DNA of 64,000 nucleotides, from contig MCFE01000351.1 of assembly GCA_002104905.1 (NCBI GenBank), positions 24,611 through 88,610 of the forward strand, given 5' to 3'. The notes under the pieces were generated by a model, which was not told where the DNA came from, searched no databases, and worked only from the letters and a program-made list of their open reading frames with translations. Shown piece by piece: positions 27,708-41,770 of the stretch; the first letter of the stretch is position 1, and the number at the start of each line of letters is the position of its first letter. The stretch comes from Basidiobolus meristosporus CBS 931.73 (Eukaryota; Fungi; Basidiobolomycota). The position numbers and the translations under genes are program-made.

Positions 27708-28401
27708 GTGCCAAATGATGCCATAGTGTGTCAGAGAGGCCAAGTGAGCCTATACTTGGCTACAGAGTGTGATGCATAGCTCTGCATCTTCATGCAAAGC
27801 AGCCCCTGTGTTTCACCCATTGTGCAGGAGAAAATCCACTTTTTGACCTTTTTTTTAGATCAGTGTTATGCAGGATGCATAAGAGCACAAATGGATTGAA
27901 GATATGTATCTGGTACCTAATACCCATGGCACTCTAAATCTAGCTCCTGTGGCTTGTAACATGTCACAAAAATGCACAGCACCATCTTGGTCCACGGGTA
28001 CTATCTGGCACTATAAGTGGTTTGTATAGATCTTACTTTAGGGCTAATAATTAAATATAGTGCCAGATAGTACTAGTGGACCAAGATAATGCCATGCATT
28101 TTTGTGACATGTTACAAGCCACAGGAGCTAGATTTAGAGTGCCATGGGTATTAGGTACCAGATACATATCTTCAATCCGTTTGTGCTCTTATGCATCCTG
28201 CACAACACTGATCTAAAAAAAAGGTCAAAAAGTGGATTTTCTCCTGCACAATAGGTGAAACACAGGGTCTGCTCTGCAAGAAGATGCAGAGCTATGTTTC
28301 ACACTCTGCGGCCAAGTATAGGCTAACTTGGCCTCTCTGATACACTATGGCATCATTTTGCACTCATGGCTCAATGTGGCACTATACAACGGAACAAGTC
28401 T
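27708..28401. mobile_element. Second foldback element in opposite orientation, outer left arm deleted
   Basis: Spacer 28015-28056 is the reverse complement of the spacer near 26940-26980. The right end GAACAAGTCT is followed by ATT. Confidence 0.85.
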
Positions 28402-28899
28402 ATTGCAATGGTGACATTTCTGCATTTGAATGCTATGCAGCTTTTAACACATGCTAGAATCAGGACAGTCTTTGGGTTGTATGTTGCCAGCTGCATTATG
28501 GTTGTCCACTTGTGCCATGTACATGGTATGTTGCCTCCTGGAGTGATTTTGACAAGTGGTAGTGATATATCTTCAAAGCTTCCCTTACTGATATTAGTAG
28601 AAATGGCAGAATGAGCTTGATTTGCTCCATGAGCATTATCCTGGATGCAAATGGGTTAACAAATTTTGGGTCAGCATTGGCATGCTAGAAAAGTATTTTA
28701 AGAATAGCAGAAACTATCAAAGGCAGAAGAACAAGGGTGCCATGGCAAAAAATCAGCAGCTTCCTCAGGGGCCCGTTAGAAGTAGGGCCAAAAGCTTCAA
28801 ACAAGCATCAAAGAGACATCAGATAGCCTAAAGAGTGCCAATAAGGGACAAGCAAGCCATAACAGATGCGTCAGAGCAGAATTTATCAAGGAGAAAACA

Positions 28900-31800
28900 T
28901 GGTTTAATACAAGAAGCACTCAGACAAATTAGCAGTGAAAGACCTGGCAGTGATAAAGGAAAAGGCAAAGGGAAAAATGTCTACCCAAGCCTGAGTCAGG
29001 GAAGCATATGAAAAAAACTGCAGTTGTTGCCAATCAATGATGTAAGCCTAAAACAAACTGAATCCCATCATAGCCAAGAAGAATCACCAAGAAGAAAAGG
29101 CCAGTTCTCATAAGAGTTGAAACTACAGGCAGTTGAGCTACACTCCAGCAAGGTAGATTAATTGACAGATAAAGGCAGTTTGTCTACCACAGCCTGCCCA
29201 TCATGCATTGTTGACAGTGTGGAGATCCCGCTGATAGACAAGGCTACAATGTCACAAACTCAAGAGACTACTACAATGGCTTCAGTGAAACTTTGGAACA
29301 ATAATAGGCACACTAAGAGGTTGCAGCAATTCTTCAAGAGCAGTGCTCAAGAAAACATGCCTGAATATTGCAAGGCTGTATTACAAAGACTAGCAGATGA
29401 GGTGCTAAACCTTACAGTGCTGGCTGAAGACCAGGACATGTGGGAACCAGTGAAGGAACAGTGGCATGAAGCTGTTGGGTTCTTGCTGGAGTCATGGAAA
29501 CAGAGCTTCACAGCAGAAATAGTTATTGAGTGGTGAACTTTTATGGAGTTACTGGTTGGGTGTGGGGTTGGGCTTAATGTAAGTGTTGGGTATAGGAACT
29601 TTTATAGGTCAATACAATTGGCAATGTGCTACAACAGAAGTACCATTGGAAATAAATCAATTTGTATACATTAAAAGTAAGAGAAACAGCTGAGTCAGGA
29701 AGTAAGGAGTGTGAAAAAGAGGCATTAGCCAATCAAGGTATATAAATGTAGCAGGTAATCAAGTTTCTGGGATCTGAAAGTGAGCAAATTGGCCAAAAAC
29801 CAATCAAAAGCCACATTGGTATTGTTGTGATGAAAATTTTGACCAAGCTTTTTATGATACCTGGGGTGCAATTATTTGTTCTGGGCTTACAGCATTAATT
29901 GGTGAGCGTGCAGCTTTTTCCTCATGCTTCTCTATCTCTGACTTTAGTAGACTTTTTCCCCTTTACATTTTCCTTTATTGCTGCCAGGTTTTTCACTGCT
30001 TCTTTGTCTGGGTGCATCTTGCATTGAAGTACATTTTCTCCCTGATATATGCTGCTCTGATGTACCTGATGGCAAACACTAAAACAGCTAAAAAGTGAGA
30101 GCTACTTTGAAGGTATGTATGACCATGCCTTTGCCTTGGCACTGATGGATTTTCATTAAATTAGTATGCTGCCAGCAAATCCTGCTGGCTGCTGATTCTT
30201 GTCAACCTGAATATGCCACCTAACTTACAGTATTAGAGTGGAAATATGATGGTAGTCTCACTGGTGTCTAGGCCTAAATCACTATACAACCTGGAAAGCT
30301 ACCTCTACCTGTTGCTGGACATATTTTGTATGCTTTCCAGCAGGATAATAATAAGTGGCTGTCATGTAAAAGTGCATATTATTATCTGCATTGGTGATAC
30401 CTCAGCCATTGGCAAAATATCCAGCTTTTCTGAACACAATGCACAGTGTTGCTGTCAAAAATGTAAGACCCATGGGACTTACTCCGTAACTCACAAACAT
30501 TATCATTACCCAAGTAGCAACACTAAGTACACCATCTTTCTGCAGAGGCAACATACAGAAGTCAGCATGCAATTGCAGCAAAGTTGGCAAGCTATACACC
30601 ATTCACCAGAATATGGAGTTGACTGAAAACTGGTGATACTTAAGATACAGGGTATCTGCAGGAGCAAAAGCTTTCCACTGGGAGCAATGCATTTGCTTTT
30701 CAAAGGTATCCCTATATTGATGACCAAGTTTTACATGGGCATTTCAAGCTAAATGAGCCCTTTGAGATGCCGCAAAAAATACGTAAGAATTGGCAAGATA
30801 GTACAGAGTATCTGCTACCCTGAGTACTTCTCACAGGCTCCAATTGATGTTCACATACATGTGTGACAATACAAGTGCAAGGACTGGATGAGCCGGATAT
30901 GAGCTTATTCAAGTGGCTTTCTGAAGCCATTCATACCAAGAGTACACTGGAAGCATTGGGAGTCATATGTGGACATTTTAGGAATATTTATCCAGCAGCA
31001 GATCACCAATGGCAACTTGTCACATCTACAGCTTTTGTGCAAAGAGTTTGTGATGGGACTTGAGTGGCTATACTACAAGCATAAAGCTAAACATGTAGAT
31101 CTCTGCCGCTACTGTGTCCATTTCCTGCTCCATCTTGCTTGGTGTGGTGAGAATGTTGGACTTTAACTCATCTTTCGGAAGTTTCCTATGGTATGGATGT
31201 GTGGAGAGATAGAAAGACAAGTCAAGATGCAGCTACTACCATATTCCAATCTCATCAAGAATGTTCCCTTCAAGTCTGTCATGGATGTGATGATTTGGCA
31301 CATGGAGGCCAGCCAGGAGTGTTGGAAATACTGAGGACAGATGTGCAGATGGAGACACCTATGCCTATGGCATAAAGAAGCCTAGCAGCCCCAATGTGTG
31401 GGGAATCAGTTAAGTAATGAAACTTGGGCTGAGTGCAACAAGCAACTAATTTCTACTAGGAAAACTCTACCAAGGTATGCCAGATTTCACTTGGTTGCTA
31501 GCCAATTGCTACACCATTCTATACAGAAATCACACAAACAAGAGCCAGAACGCACCTATGAGGGGGACTAGAATTCAGTGGGGAGAAGGAATAAATTGGC
31601 TAAACACCAATGAGTTCTTTGCAGATATTCAGGAGGTATTCATGGCTGAAGTGGCAGCAACCAAGCATATGTTTGTAAGATGTATACATTACCAGCAATA
31701 CAATTTATATAGCAACTTTGCAAGCATTGCACTTAAAAGCCATAAACTTGAGGTGACAGAAGTATGTCAATTGTGGCAGGTGCATATGTTTGTAGTGGTT

Positions 31801-32330
31801 AGTAAGCAGGGGGCCATAGTATTTTTTGATTCAGACTATATGTGGAATACCCAAGGTAGTTGTGGTTAAGTAAATAAGGATGGGTGATTCTACAGTGGAA
31901 TACATCAATTGCGCAAGGGGAGGTAGAAAAAGGAAACACCATTTGGTAAGCTGGTACCGTAGCAGTATACAGAAATAGCTGTTGGCCATCATACTGCCAT
32001 AATAATGCCATCAGTGGCTGTCAAAGAGGCTGTCAAAGCACCAACAAATTTTTGCCATATAAGGTAATTGGATGTACTGGCCAGCACAATCCACTCAAAT
32101 AGTTTTAAAGTTCAGTACAACTGCAACAATACTACGCCACCCTGGGCAAAAGTCTCTACAAACACCATTATATTTTATCAACTTTGATCAGCTGTAAAAT
32201 TAGCAATATACCATTGTGATCCTGTCATAATATTGTTTAGATGGCCATTAATTCCAAGCTGCTGGTAATATTGTGGTCTCTTGATGGGATCTTGACAGCT
32301 GATCCAGATCAGATCCACTGGTGGGACCAA
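28900..32330 (+). mobile_element. Most complete CACTA-like unit: ORF-X, spacer, Tnp2/DUF4218 transposase (decayed)
   Basis: ORF-X at 29162-29536; Tnp2 motif CIGDTSAIGKISSFSEHNAQCCCQKC in 30246-30626; HFLLHLAW in 30969-31166; C-terminal part in 31477-31869. Confidence 0.75.
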
Positions 32331-32699
32331 ATTATATTTCATAGGGAGCTTGGTGATTAGTTTTGGGATATTGTTGATAAGTAAATGCATTGCTCTCCGC
32401 AGAAAGCTCTTGCACTAACAGTTACCTTTTAACTTAAGTATCTCTGGTTTCCAATTAATTCCATATTCTGGCTAATGGCCTATAGCTTGCCAACTTTGCT
32501 GCAATTGCATGCTGACTTCTGTACATTCTCTCTGTGGGAAGATATATAGTTATTATGGTGTACTTATTCATATTTCATCTTATCAGTATTATCCCATTGT
32601 TCTCTGTCCTAATTAATAGTGTTATCCTGATATCATGTTTACCCTGATTAGTTATCAGCAATGGTTATCCCAAGTGTTATTCACCTTTGCAATCACCAG

Positions 32700-33300
32700 A
32701 TTTATCTACATCATGCAAGTACTTGTGTTGGTACCCATGGCGCAATACCTAGGTCTTTGTTACCACCCCTAACACTTCAATAACATATATGGTATCTCTT
32801 TGTTACACAGGTTTCAGACTACAAACCATGATAGGTTGGATGTACTGTGCCTTTTAGAACCTTCCAGGACCTTCTTGGGGTATTTTTAGCTCATAGTGAT
32901 GTCATCAAGAAATCCACTGATGCCTGGGATCTTCTCAAACCTTGTCATTAGTATTTACTTGACAATTTGGAGCAGCATGTAAGGGAAGTCAATTTCTCTC
33001 CAATAAATCATCTTTTTATCAGCAATACCTTCCAATTATGGATTAGCAATTGATTACTGCATTTACCTTTGACAGTTACACCTCAGGTCTGCCATCAAGG
33101 AGCTTTTTGGGGTGGTGCACAAGAAACTCAGAGGCCTTTGGAGACACTTGGAGCACCTAGAAATTGTAAGAAGTAGGAGCTTTTACCAAAGTGATATAGT
33201 GATAGAGCACCGGCAGTCTAAGCCCAGAACCTATTGCACCCTACAGACACCCACAGGCCTTGAGGTGTGTAACTTCTCCCAGGAGTACCTCTGCACCACC
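32700..33300 (-). mobile_element. Gypsy-like RT fragment
   Basis: Minus-strand frame contains ILMTRFEKIPGISGFLDDITM (an FLDD motif); heavily decayed. Confidence 0.5.
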
Positions 33301-34760
33301 ACACTATCATATTAATGTGCATATTATTACCTGCATTGGAGATGCCCCACCCATCTGCAAGATAGCTAGCTTTTCTTTGCGCAATGGACAGTAATACTAC
33401 TCAATGTGTGATATGCAGGGGATTTACCCCATAACTTCCACATATTATTATTATCCAAATGCTAGCACTGAGAACATCATCTTCCCACAGAGAGAACATA
33501 AAAAAGTCAGCATGCAACTGAAGCAAAGTTGGGAAGCTAGATGCTATCAGCCAGTATATGAAATTAACTGGAAACCATAGATACTTTAGATGGTATTGGT
33601 TGGAGCAAAATCTTTCTACTGGGAGCAATGCATTTGCTTTTCAGCAATATCCCAACACTGATGACCAAGCTCAACATGGGTCATTGCAAGCTCAATGAGC
33701 CTTTAGATGTACAAGAGATGTTTGAAAGAATTAGCAAGATATTACCAAATGTCTTCTACCCTAAGTGCTTTGGACAGGCTTCAATCAATAATCATATGCA
33801 TAGGCAACAATTCAAATGCAGGGAAAGGATGAGCTGCATATGAATTTATTCAAGTGGCCTCCTGAAGCAATTTTTACCCATAGTTTGTTAGAGTCATATT
33901 TTAAAATTTTAGGAGTATTATCTAGATGCAAATTACAATGCCAACTTGACATCTATACAGCATTTATATGCAGAGTCTGTGACATAATTTGAGTAGCCAT
34001 ACTACAAGCAAAAAGCTGAATATGTCAATATCTGCCACTGCTGCATCTATTCTGTACACCATCTTGCCTGGTGTGTGGAGTATTTTGAGCCTTACTTCAC
34101 CTTTCAGGAGTTTCCTATGGAGAAGATGTGTGGGGAGATGGGAAGACAAGTTAAGTTGCAAGTACTGCCATATCTCAGTCTCATTAGTAATAATGCCCTA
34201 ATGTCCATCATGGTCAAGATGAGTTGGCATGTGGAGGTCAGCCAAGAAGAGTTGGACAATACCAAGGACAGATATGCATAAGAGCACACCTATGCCTTTG
34301 GCAGCCCCAATGTGTGGGTAATCAGGTGAGTAACATAAAGATGGGTTGGGCATAACTAGCAGCTGATTCTTAGTAGGACAGCTTCAGCAGTGTATGTTGG
34401 GCTTCTCCTGAGTTCAAACCTACTTCTACACCATTCAATATGGAATTTTTACTAGCAAGAACTAGTGCTTACCTAGAAGTGGCCCAGAATCCAGCAAGGA
34501 GAAGGAAGATAATGACTAAGTATCAAAAAGTATCTTGGAGATGCTCATGTGGCATTCATGACAAAAGCAGTAGCAACTAAGGATTTCTGTGCAAGATGTA
34601 TATGTTAACAGCAACACAAGGTACATGGCAACTTTGTAAACATCATGCTGAATCCCAAAACAACCAGTCACTATCCACAGTAAAGTAAATATTGTGTGTA
34701 CTGTGAATCTGCTGAACATAGCAGTTATGGCTGTCAAATATTGAATACTGATAATGACAG
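33300..34760 (+). mobile_element. CACTA Tnp2/DUF4218 relic
   Basis: CIGDAPPICK near 33330; FQEFPMEKMCGEMGRQVKLQVLPY in 34075-34281. Confidence 0.7.
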
Positions 34761-36091
34761 TCATAAAGTTATGCTTGATTGCTATGGGAAGATCTGTAAT
34801 ATTGCTGGAGACCCTTTACCCATCAACATAGGTTGTGGCAGAATGCAGTCCTATGTAATTGCTCAAGAAGAATGAAGTAAAAGCACCACAACATCAAATT
34901 TCATACAAATTGTATAAAAGTGTGTACTAGCAAAAGAAATTGGCCAGTTGTTGAAATACCAATACAGCCAGAAGCATCAAAAATCCAAAAAGAACACTTG
35001 CAATCTCAATCCAAGTATGACACTACTGCAATTACACAGCAAGTTATCAACAAATTCTGGAAATCTCCATTTCAAAACTTACATATCAAGAAGTGTTCAC
35101 CCATATCAACCATCCCTATCAGCTACTATCTGAAATGGTTAAACCTATGAGCTATGATATTGTCATGAATCATCAAGAGCAATCTTCAACAGCATTATCA
35201 AGTGAACAGCTACAATTTGAGGTTGAAAAAGCCTTTTACTCTATTACAACAGGAAGCTATGCTGCTACAATTAACAATGTTGAAGTGGAATGTATCTTTG
35301 ATTATGGATCAGAAATCAGTGCCATCACTGCTGTGACTTTTGAAAAAATCAAATTGCCATTGAGAGAAGTTGACCAGAATATGAGAACTGCTACAGGTGC
35401 AACAGAGAAGATGCTTGGACTTTGACACTCTGCACCAACTGAAACTGGAGGAATCAGGGTTACCTCTCCCTTTTTCATTGTTGCCAATGGACCCACTTTT
35501 GAGGTATTGTTGGGACCATGTTATGAGTGAAAATCTCTTCTATAAGCTGATAACAGACCTGATGGAAGCTTATGGCTGACAATCACATCTGACAATTGAA
35601 AAAGAAGGGAATCTTTTATGCAGCAGAAGAGAATAATCTAAGAAATGCATACTCAATTCCAGTACAAAATATTCTGGTTCATGAGGCTATTTTGTTTTAT
35701 GATCAACACTTCATTCCATCAACAACAAGTCAGACAAATACTAAGTATTAGCCAGTTGAATAGAAAGCAAAGCCAGTACCAGCTGGAATCTCACCATCTG
35801 CCCACAACAATCCTCAAATGGAGCCTTTGCACAAATATGAAAAAATCAGACTCACAGAAGAGAATCTCTAGGAGTTAGCTATTGGAGCTACTCTTACCAC
35901 TGAGGAGAAAGTCTCTTTTTGACTATGCTACAATGCTGTGACAATGTCGTTGCATTTAATGATGCACAAAGATGGTGTTTATCCACATAGCTATTTCCAT
36001 TGGTTAAGATCCATACTGTTGGACATACACCATGGGCACTGAGATAGTATCCTATTCCCTTAAGATCACTGAACAAAGTAACTAGGGTTAG

Positions 36092-37046
36092 TGCCTTATT
36101 GCTAGGATTACTATGGTGACTTTGATTGCGTGTAACTTCTAAGCCAGCCAATCAAGTCACGTGAAATTTTCACAGGTGCTGTGCCTATGTCCAATCTGCA
36201 CCACTGCAAAATGTTAGCTTCATATCATCTGTATTGCTTGCGCAATCACCCAAAAGCTTCAATCCATCAGAATTTTCATATATATGACTTCCCCAGCTGA
36301 AAAATAAAGGTAGCCTCTCTTTCCAGAATCTCCACACTACAACTACAAGTTCAAAGGTTATAAGACTGCCCCTGCATCACTTGCACTGTTAAGTATTCTG
36401 ACTTTGATTGGTACTACATCAGTAAAGAGACTGCAAAGCTCATAAGAATCCAATCTAAGTTCTACAAGAAACTACCACTTTTCTGTCTGAAAAGTCCTCT
36501 CCTAGAAACCCCTTTACTCTAAAGACACCCCTCTAGTCTAAAGACCCCCTTAGAGATCCCTTTAAGAAAACCCTTTACTCTAAAGAAGCCCCTTTAGGCA
36601 CCCCTTTAGTGTAAATTCCACTTAGAGACCACTACAAGAAGCCCCTTTACTCTAAAGACACCCCTTTGGACACCCCTTTAGGTCTAAAGACCCCTGTAGA
36701 GACTTCTACAACACATCCCTTTAGATTGAAGGGGAGTCCAGAACTTCCATATTAGGAACATTTTCCCAGAAAGGAACGTGATTTCCAAATAAGGAAAAGC
36801 TACTATAAAAGTAAAAAAGCCCATTAGTCAACAGAAGGTCAGAACACTGCTGTAGAAGTGATAAACACTGCCTATAGTATATTTTGAGCCTAAGATAGAG
36901 GAAATTAGTGAAAGTTATATCTTCTATTGGTATATCAAACTCCCAATAAACTATTTCAGTATTAGCATACTGGAAGTTGTTGTATATTGTTGAATAGCCT
37001 CTACATTGTAGAACAAGCCCCAAACTAATCATAATACAACACAACA
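36092..37046 (+). repeat. Truncated LTR-B inside the RT region
   Basis: Reverse complement of most of LTR-B, ending ACAACACAACA at 37046. The left end is lost together with the RT core. Confidence 0.8.
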
Positions 37047-38700
37047 GAATAAGTCCAGAGAAAAAGATATATCACATGTCTTACCTCAAGTCAAAAGATA
37101 TGCTTATGATCACATATGTACTGTTGAAAGGTTCATGAAGAAACTTCAAGCTTCTGGTCTGACTGTATCTGGAGCCAAATGCAAGTTTGGCTACAACAAA
37201 GCAATCATTCTAGGTGGACTTGTTTCTGAGAAGGCAGATCACCTAATCCCACAAAACTTTCATTGGCACTAAATTGGAAGACACCAGCAATATCCATCAA
37301 GTCAGACATCTATTAGGACTTACTGGTCTATTCAGAATCTGGATCAAGAACTATGCTCAAAGTGCTAAGCCACTGACTTAACTATTACAGAAAAACCAAA
37401 AATTTTAGTGGCATGAAGAACAGGCAAATGCTATGTCAACATTAGTTGAGTCATTATCAAAGCCACCTGTCTTGACAGCTATAGACTACAGTGTTATTGA
37501 TTCACAACCAGTCATTATATCAGTTGATAGCTCTGGAATTGGGGTTGGTGGAATCATGATTCAAGTTTCAAAAGATCATTATTGACAACTGTGCAAATAT
37601 CTTAGTAGACTATTTAAAGGAAATGAACTTAACTATCCATCTATCAAGAAAGAAGCACTGGGAGTACTCCATGTACTCAAAAAGCTAAAGCCATACTTAT
37701 TAGGAGTACACTTCATGCTGGAGGTTGATGCTAAGCCATCATTGGGAATGTTGAATAAGTTGGAGCTTTTGCCTGATCCCATTCTAGCATGGTGGACATC
37801 ATACATCCAGATCTTTGACTTTATGCTGCAACACATACCAGGAGCCAATTACAAAGGACCTGATGCTTTATCCAGAAAGCAACCAAATTCACTGTACTCA
37901 ACTGATGATGATGAGATTGATGAATTTCTTGAAAACACATGTCTTGGATGCTCATTCAGACATATGATACAAAGCAATTATAAACAAATCAAGGAGTTTC
38001 TTATATCACTCAACATTCCTGCTGATATTCCCATAAATCAACACACAAATTTTAAAAAGTAGGCTTTGAAGTTTATACTGCATGATGACACACTTTTCAG
38101 AAAAAGCAAACATGGGGTTCCTTGACGGTATATACATGACCAGCATGATCAATAGAAGATCATTCAAGAATTGCATGAATCTGAATCAGGAGGTCATAAG
38201 GAAATTAGATCAACAAATGCAAAAATCTCCTTACAGAATTTTTGGCCAACACTATACACTGACACAACAGAATATGAGAAATCATGTATTCTATGTCAGA
38301 GAAAAGACAACAAAAAGATGCATGAACCACTTCACATTAGCAAAGCTTAGCTATCAAGAACCCAACAAGTGGGCAAATAACTTTCATGCAGCAATTTGGG
38401 CTGATGGAGTTACAGTTAAAAGAAGTACAGGGTATACTGCATTTGTTCTAATATATGAGCATAAAACTATTTTGCCAATAGACATATCTTTCAAACACTG
38501 GTTTACTCTCTCATGGAAGCCAATCATGACAGCATTGGAGCTATTGCTAGCAAGAATACAACATATTCAACAAGCTCACACTCTGCAAAAGAGTGCAACA
38601 GAAAACTTGAAGAAATCCTGAATGGCTTGCAAGGAGTACTTTGATGGTCAACAATGCCTTAGAAGAACTGCACTTGAAGTAGGTGAATTGATACTGCTTC

Positions 38701-39943
38701 TGTTGTGTTGTATTATTATTAGTTTGGGGCTTGTTCTACAATGTAGAGGCTAATCAACAATATACAACAACTTTCAGTATGCTAATACTGAAATAGTTTA
38801 TTGGGAGTTTGATATACCGATAGAAGAAATAACTTTCACTAATTTCCTCAATCTTGGGCTCAAAATATACTGTAGGCAGTGTTTATCACTTCTACAGCAG
38901 TGTTCTGACCTTCTGTCGACTAATGGGCTTATTTACTTTTATAGTAACTTTTCCTTATTTGGAAGTCACTTTCCTTTCTGAAAAAATATTTTCTAATATG
39001 GAAATTCTGAACTCCCCTTTAACCTAAAGGGGTGTGTTGTAGAAGTCTCTAAAGGGGTCTTTAGACCTAAAGGGGTGTCTAAAGGGGTGTCTTTAGAGTA
39101 AAGGGGCTTCTTGTAGTGGTCTCTAAAGTGGACTTTACACTAAAGGGGTGCCTAAAGGGGCTTCTTTAGAGTAAAGGGGTTTCCTAAAGGGGTCTCTAAA
39201 GGGGTCTTTAGACTAAAGGGGTGTCTAAAGGGGTGTCTTTAGAGTAAAGGGGTTTCTTAGAGGGGACTTTTCCGACAGAAAAGTGGTAGTTTCTTGTAGA
39301 ACTTAGATTGGATTCTTGTGAGCTTTGCAGTCTCTTTACTGATGTAGTACTGATAAAAGTCAGAATACTCAACAGTGCAAGTGATGCAGGGGAAGTCTTA
39401 TAGCCTTTAAACTTGTAATCGTAGTGTGGAGATTCTGGAAAGAGAGGCTCTCTCTTTATTTTTCAGCTGGGGAAGTTATATATATGAAAATTTTGAAGGA
39501 TCAAAGTTTTTGGGCGATTGCGCAAGCAATACATGTGATACGAAGCTAAAATTTTGCAGTGGCGCAGATCGGACATAGGCGCAGCATCTGTGAAAATTTC
39601 ACGTGATTTGATTGGCTGGTTCAAAAGTTACATGCGATCAAAGTCACCATAGTAATCCTAGCAATAAGGCATAGTATACATAATAGTTGGACTCTTTTGG
39701 TCATAACTCCTTAAGTACTGCTTCAAATGAGCTGTAATTTGAAACATGTGTTGGCTACTACGTGTTCTGTATGACATAATATTCTTGGGTGGATTGCTTG
39801 TCAGGGTCTGGAGCATTTGTTCATCAAAGTTGGAAATTCTTGATCTTTCACTTGTGTGTTACAATAGCAAAAAGCAAAATAAAGAAATGAGTGCAATATT
39901 GGTTTAGAGATATTGTAGTAATGGAATACTTTCCATTACCACA
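38701..39943 (-). repeat. Solo LTR-B (1243 bp) with 4-bp TSD CTTC, interrupting the integrase C-terminus
   Basis: CTTC flanks both sides. Removing the LTR restores the reading frame ELILL-HNAKNQ. Confidence 0.9.
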
Positions 39944-40158
39944 CTTCACAATGCTAAGAACCAAAGAAACAAGGCATCCAAACTGGATATGCAATGGTAA
40001 GATCCCTATAAGGTCATGCATGCAAACAAAAATGGATCTTATAAGCTAGCAGAACTTGACAGTACACCAATTACACTTGCACAACCAGGTAACTGATTCA
40101 ATAAGTTTCATGTCAGAAGTAATAATGAGGGCATTATTTCTCAATGTTAGGGGAGACT

Positions 40159-41040
40159 TGTGGTAATGGAAAGTATTCCATTACACATATCTCAAAACCA
40201 ATATTGCACTCATTTTTTTATTTTGCTTTTTGCTATTATAACACACAAGTGAAATATCAAGAATTTCCAACTTTGAAGGACAAATACTCCAGACCCTGAC
40301 AAGCAATCCACCCAATATAAGATGTCATGCAGAACACACAGCAGTCAACACATGTTTCAAATTACAGCTCATTTGAAGCAGTACTTAAGGAGTTATGATC
40401 AAAAGATTTTGATTATCATACATACTAGGCTTCTATTGCTAAGATTACTATAGTGACTTCAATCTCATGTAACTTTTGAACCAGCCAATCAATCCATGTA
40501 ATATTTACAAGTGCTGTACCTATGTCCAATCTGAGCCACTGCAAATTTTTAGCTATGTATCATGTGTATTGCTTCTGCAATTGCCCAAAACTTTGATCCT
40601 TCAGAATTTTTACATATGTGGCTTCCCCAGCTAAATAATAAAAGGAGAACCTCTCTTTGCAGAATCTCCACACTAAAATTACAACTTTAAAGGTTATAAG
40701 ACTTCCCCTGCATCACTTGCACTGTGAGCATTTTGGCTTTGATTGGTACTACAACAGTAAAGAGACTGTGAAGAACAAAAGAATCCAATATAAGTTCTAC
40801 AAGAAAACAACCACTTTTCTGTTGACAGAAGGTCAGAACACTGCTGTAGAAGCGAGAAACACTGCCTATAGTATATTTTGAGCCTAAGATTGAGGATATT
40901 AGTGAAAGTTTTATCTTCTATTGGTATATCAAGCCCCCAATAAACTATTTCAGTATTAGCATGCTGGAATTTGTTGTATACTACTGATTAGCCTCTACAT
41001 TGTAGAACAAGCCCCATGCTAATCATAACACAACACAACT
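40159..41040 (+). repeat. 3' LTR of gypsy family B, with the internal G-run array deleted
   Basis: Starts TGTGGTAATGG immediately after the PPT and ends CAACACAACT. Confidence 0.8.
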
Positions 41041-41049
41041 GATAGAAGT

Positions 41050-41770
41050 GTGTCAATTGCTGTAGGTGTGTAAGTGTGTAGAAGCTAGAAGGCAACAGGC
41101 CATGGTATCTGCTGATCTGATAATATGTGGAATACCGGTTGAATTAGTGGGTAAGTAAATAAAGTGGTGGTTCAATAATGAAATATATGAATTGCACAAG
41201 GGGAGGTAGAAAAGTGGAGTACCATTTGATAATTTGTTACAGTAGCATTATGCAGAACTCTCTGTAGGTGGCTGTCCTGTTGTTATAATGCCAATAAAGG
41301 TCCTCAAACAGGCTGTCAAAGCACTCTTAGGTTTTCTGCCATTTAAAACAACTAGATGCAATGGCAGGTTAGGTCTGCTCAAATAAAGGTCAACAGCAAC
41401 AATACTGTCAGAATGCCATGCAATTCTTGCCAAAAGACTGTTTAGATACCATCAAGTTTCAAACTTTATTTGACAATGTTGCCAGCAAAGTGCTATCACA
41501 ACCCCACCACAAGATTGTGTGGAGGGTCAAGAATTCCAAGCTGACAGCATTATCACAGCCCCATTACAGGATCCTGATAATTGATCTGGATTGGATCCAT
41601 CTTCAGGACCAAATCATTTTTCATAGAGAAAACAAAAGGTACTGCCTGGTGTACCAATTTTCAGCTGGCTGTCAGAACTCTGCATATCCACACAAATGCT
41701 ACCTATACAATCATGAAAGTAGTAGTATTGAGGACAATAGGTTGGCTGCTTGTGCTTAGCCAATATCCAA
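41050..41770. mobile_element. CACTA Tnp2 fragments
   Basis: Homologous to the 18.8-19.9k and 31.8-32.3k segments (PHHKIVWRVKNSKL). Confidence 0.55.

Larger units (their letters stand above)
34770..41040 (+). mobile_element. Ty3/gypsy family B element (protease, RT, RNase H, integrase, PPT, 3' LTR), lacking its 5' LTR, with two nested LTR-B insertions
   Basis: Protease-like CIFDYGSEIS (35093-35425); RNase H-like VDSSGIGVGG and LEVDAKPSLGML; integrase fragment 38082-38621; purine tract AGGGGAGA at about 40149-40156 directly before the LTR. Confidence 0.85.

Noticed and set aside
36083-36091. TAGGGTTAG at the junction of gypsy RT and the truncated LTR-B, as a second healing scar
   Set aside because: Only 9 bp, partly explained by the RT codons ACT AGG; such a match is expected by chance in 64 kb.
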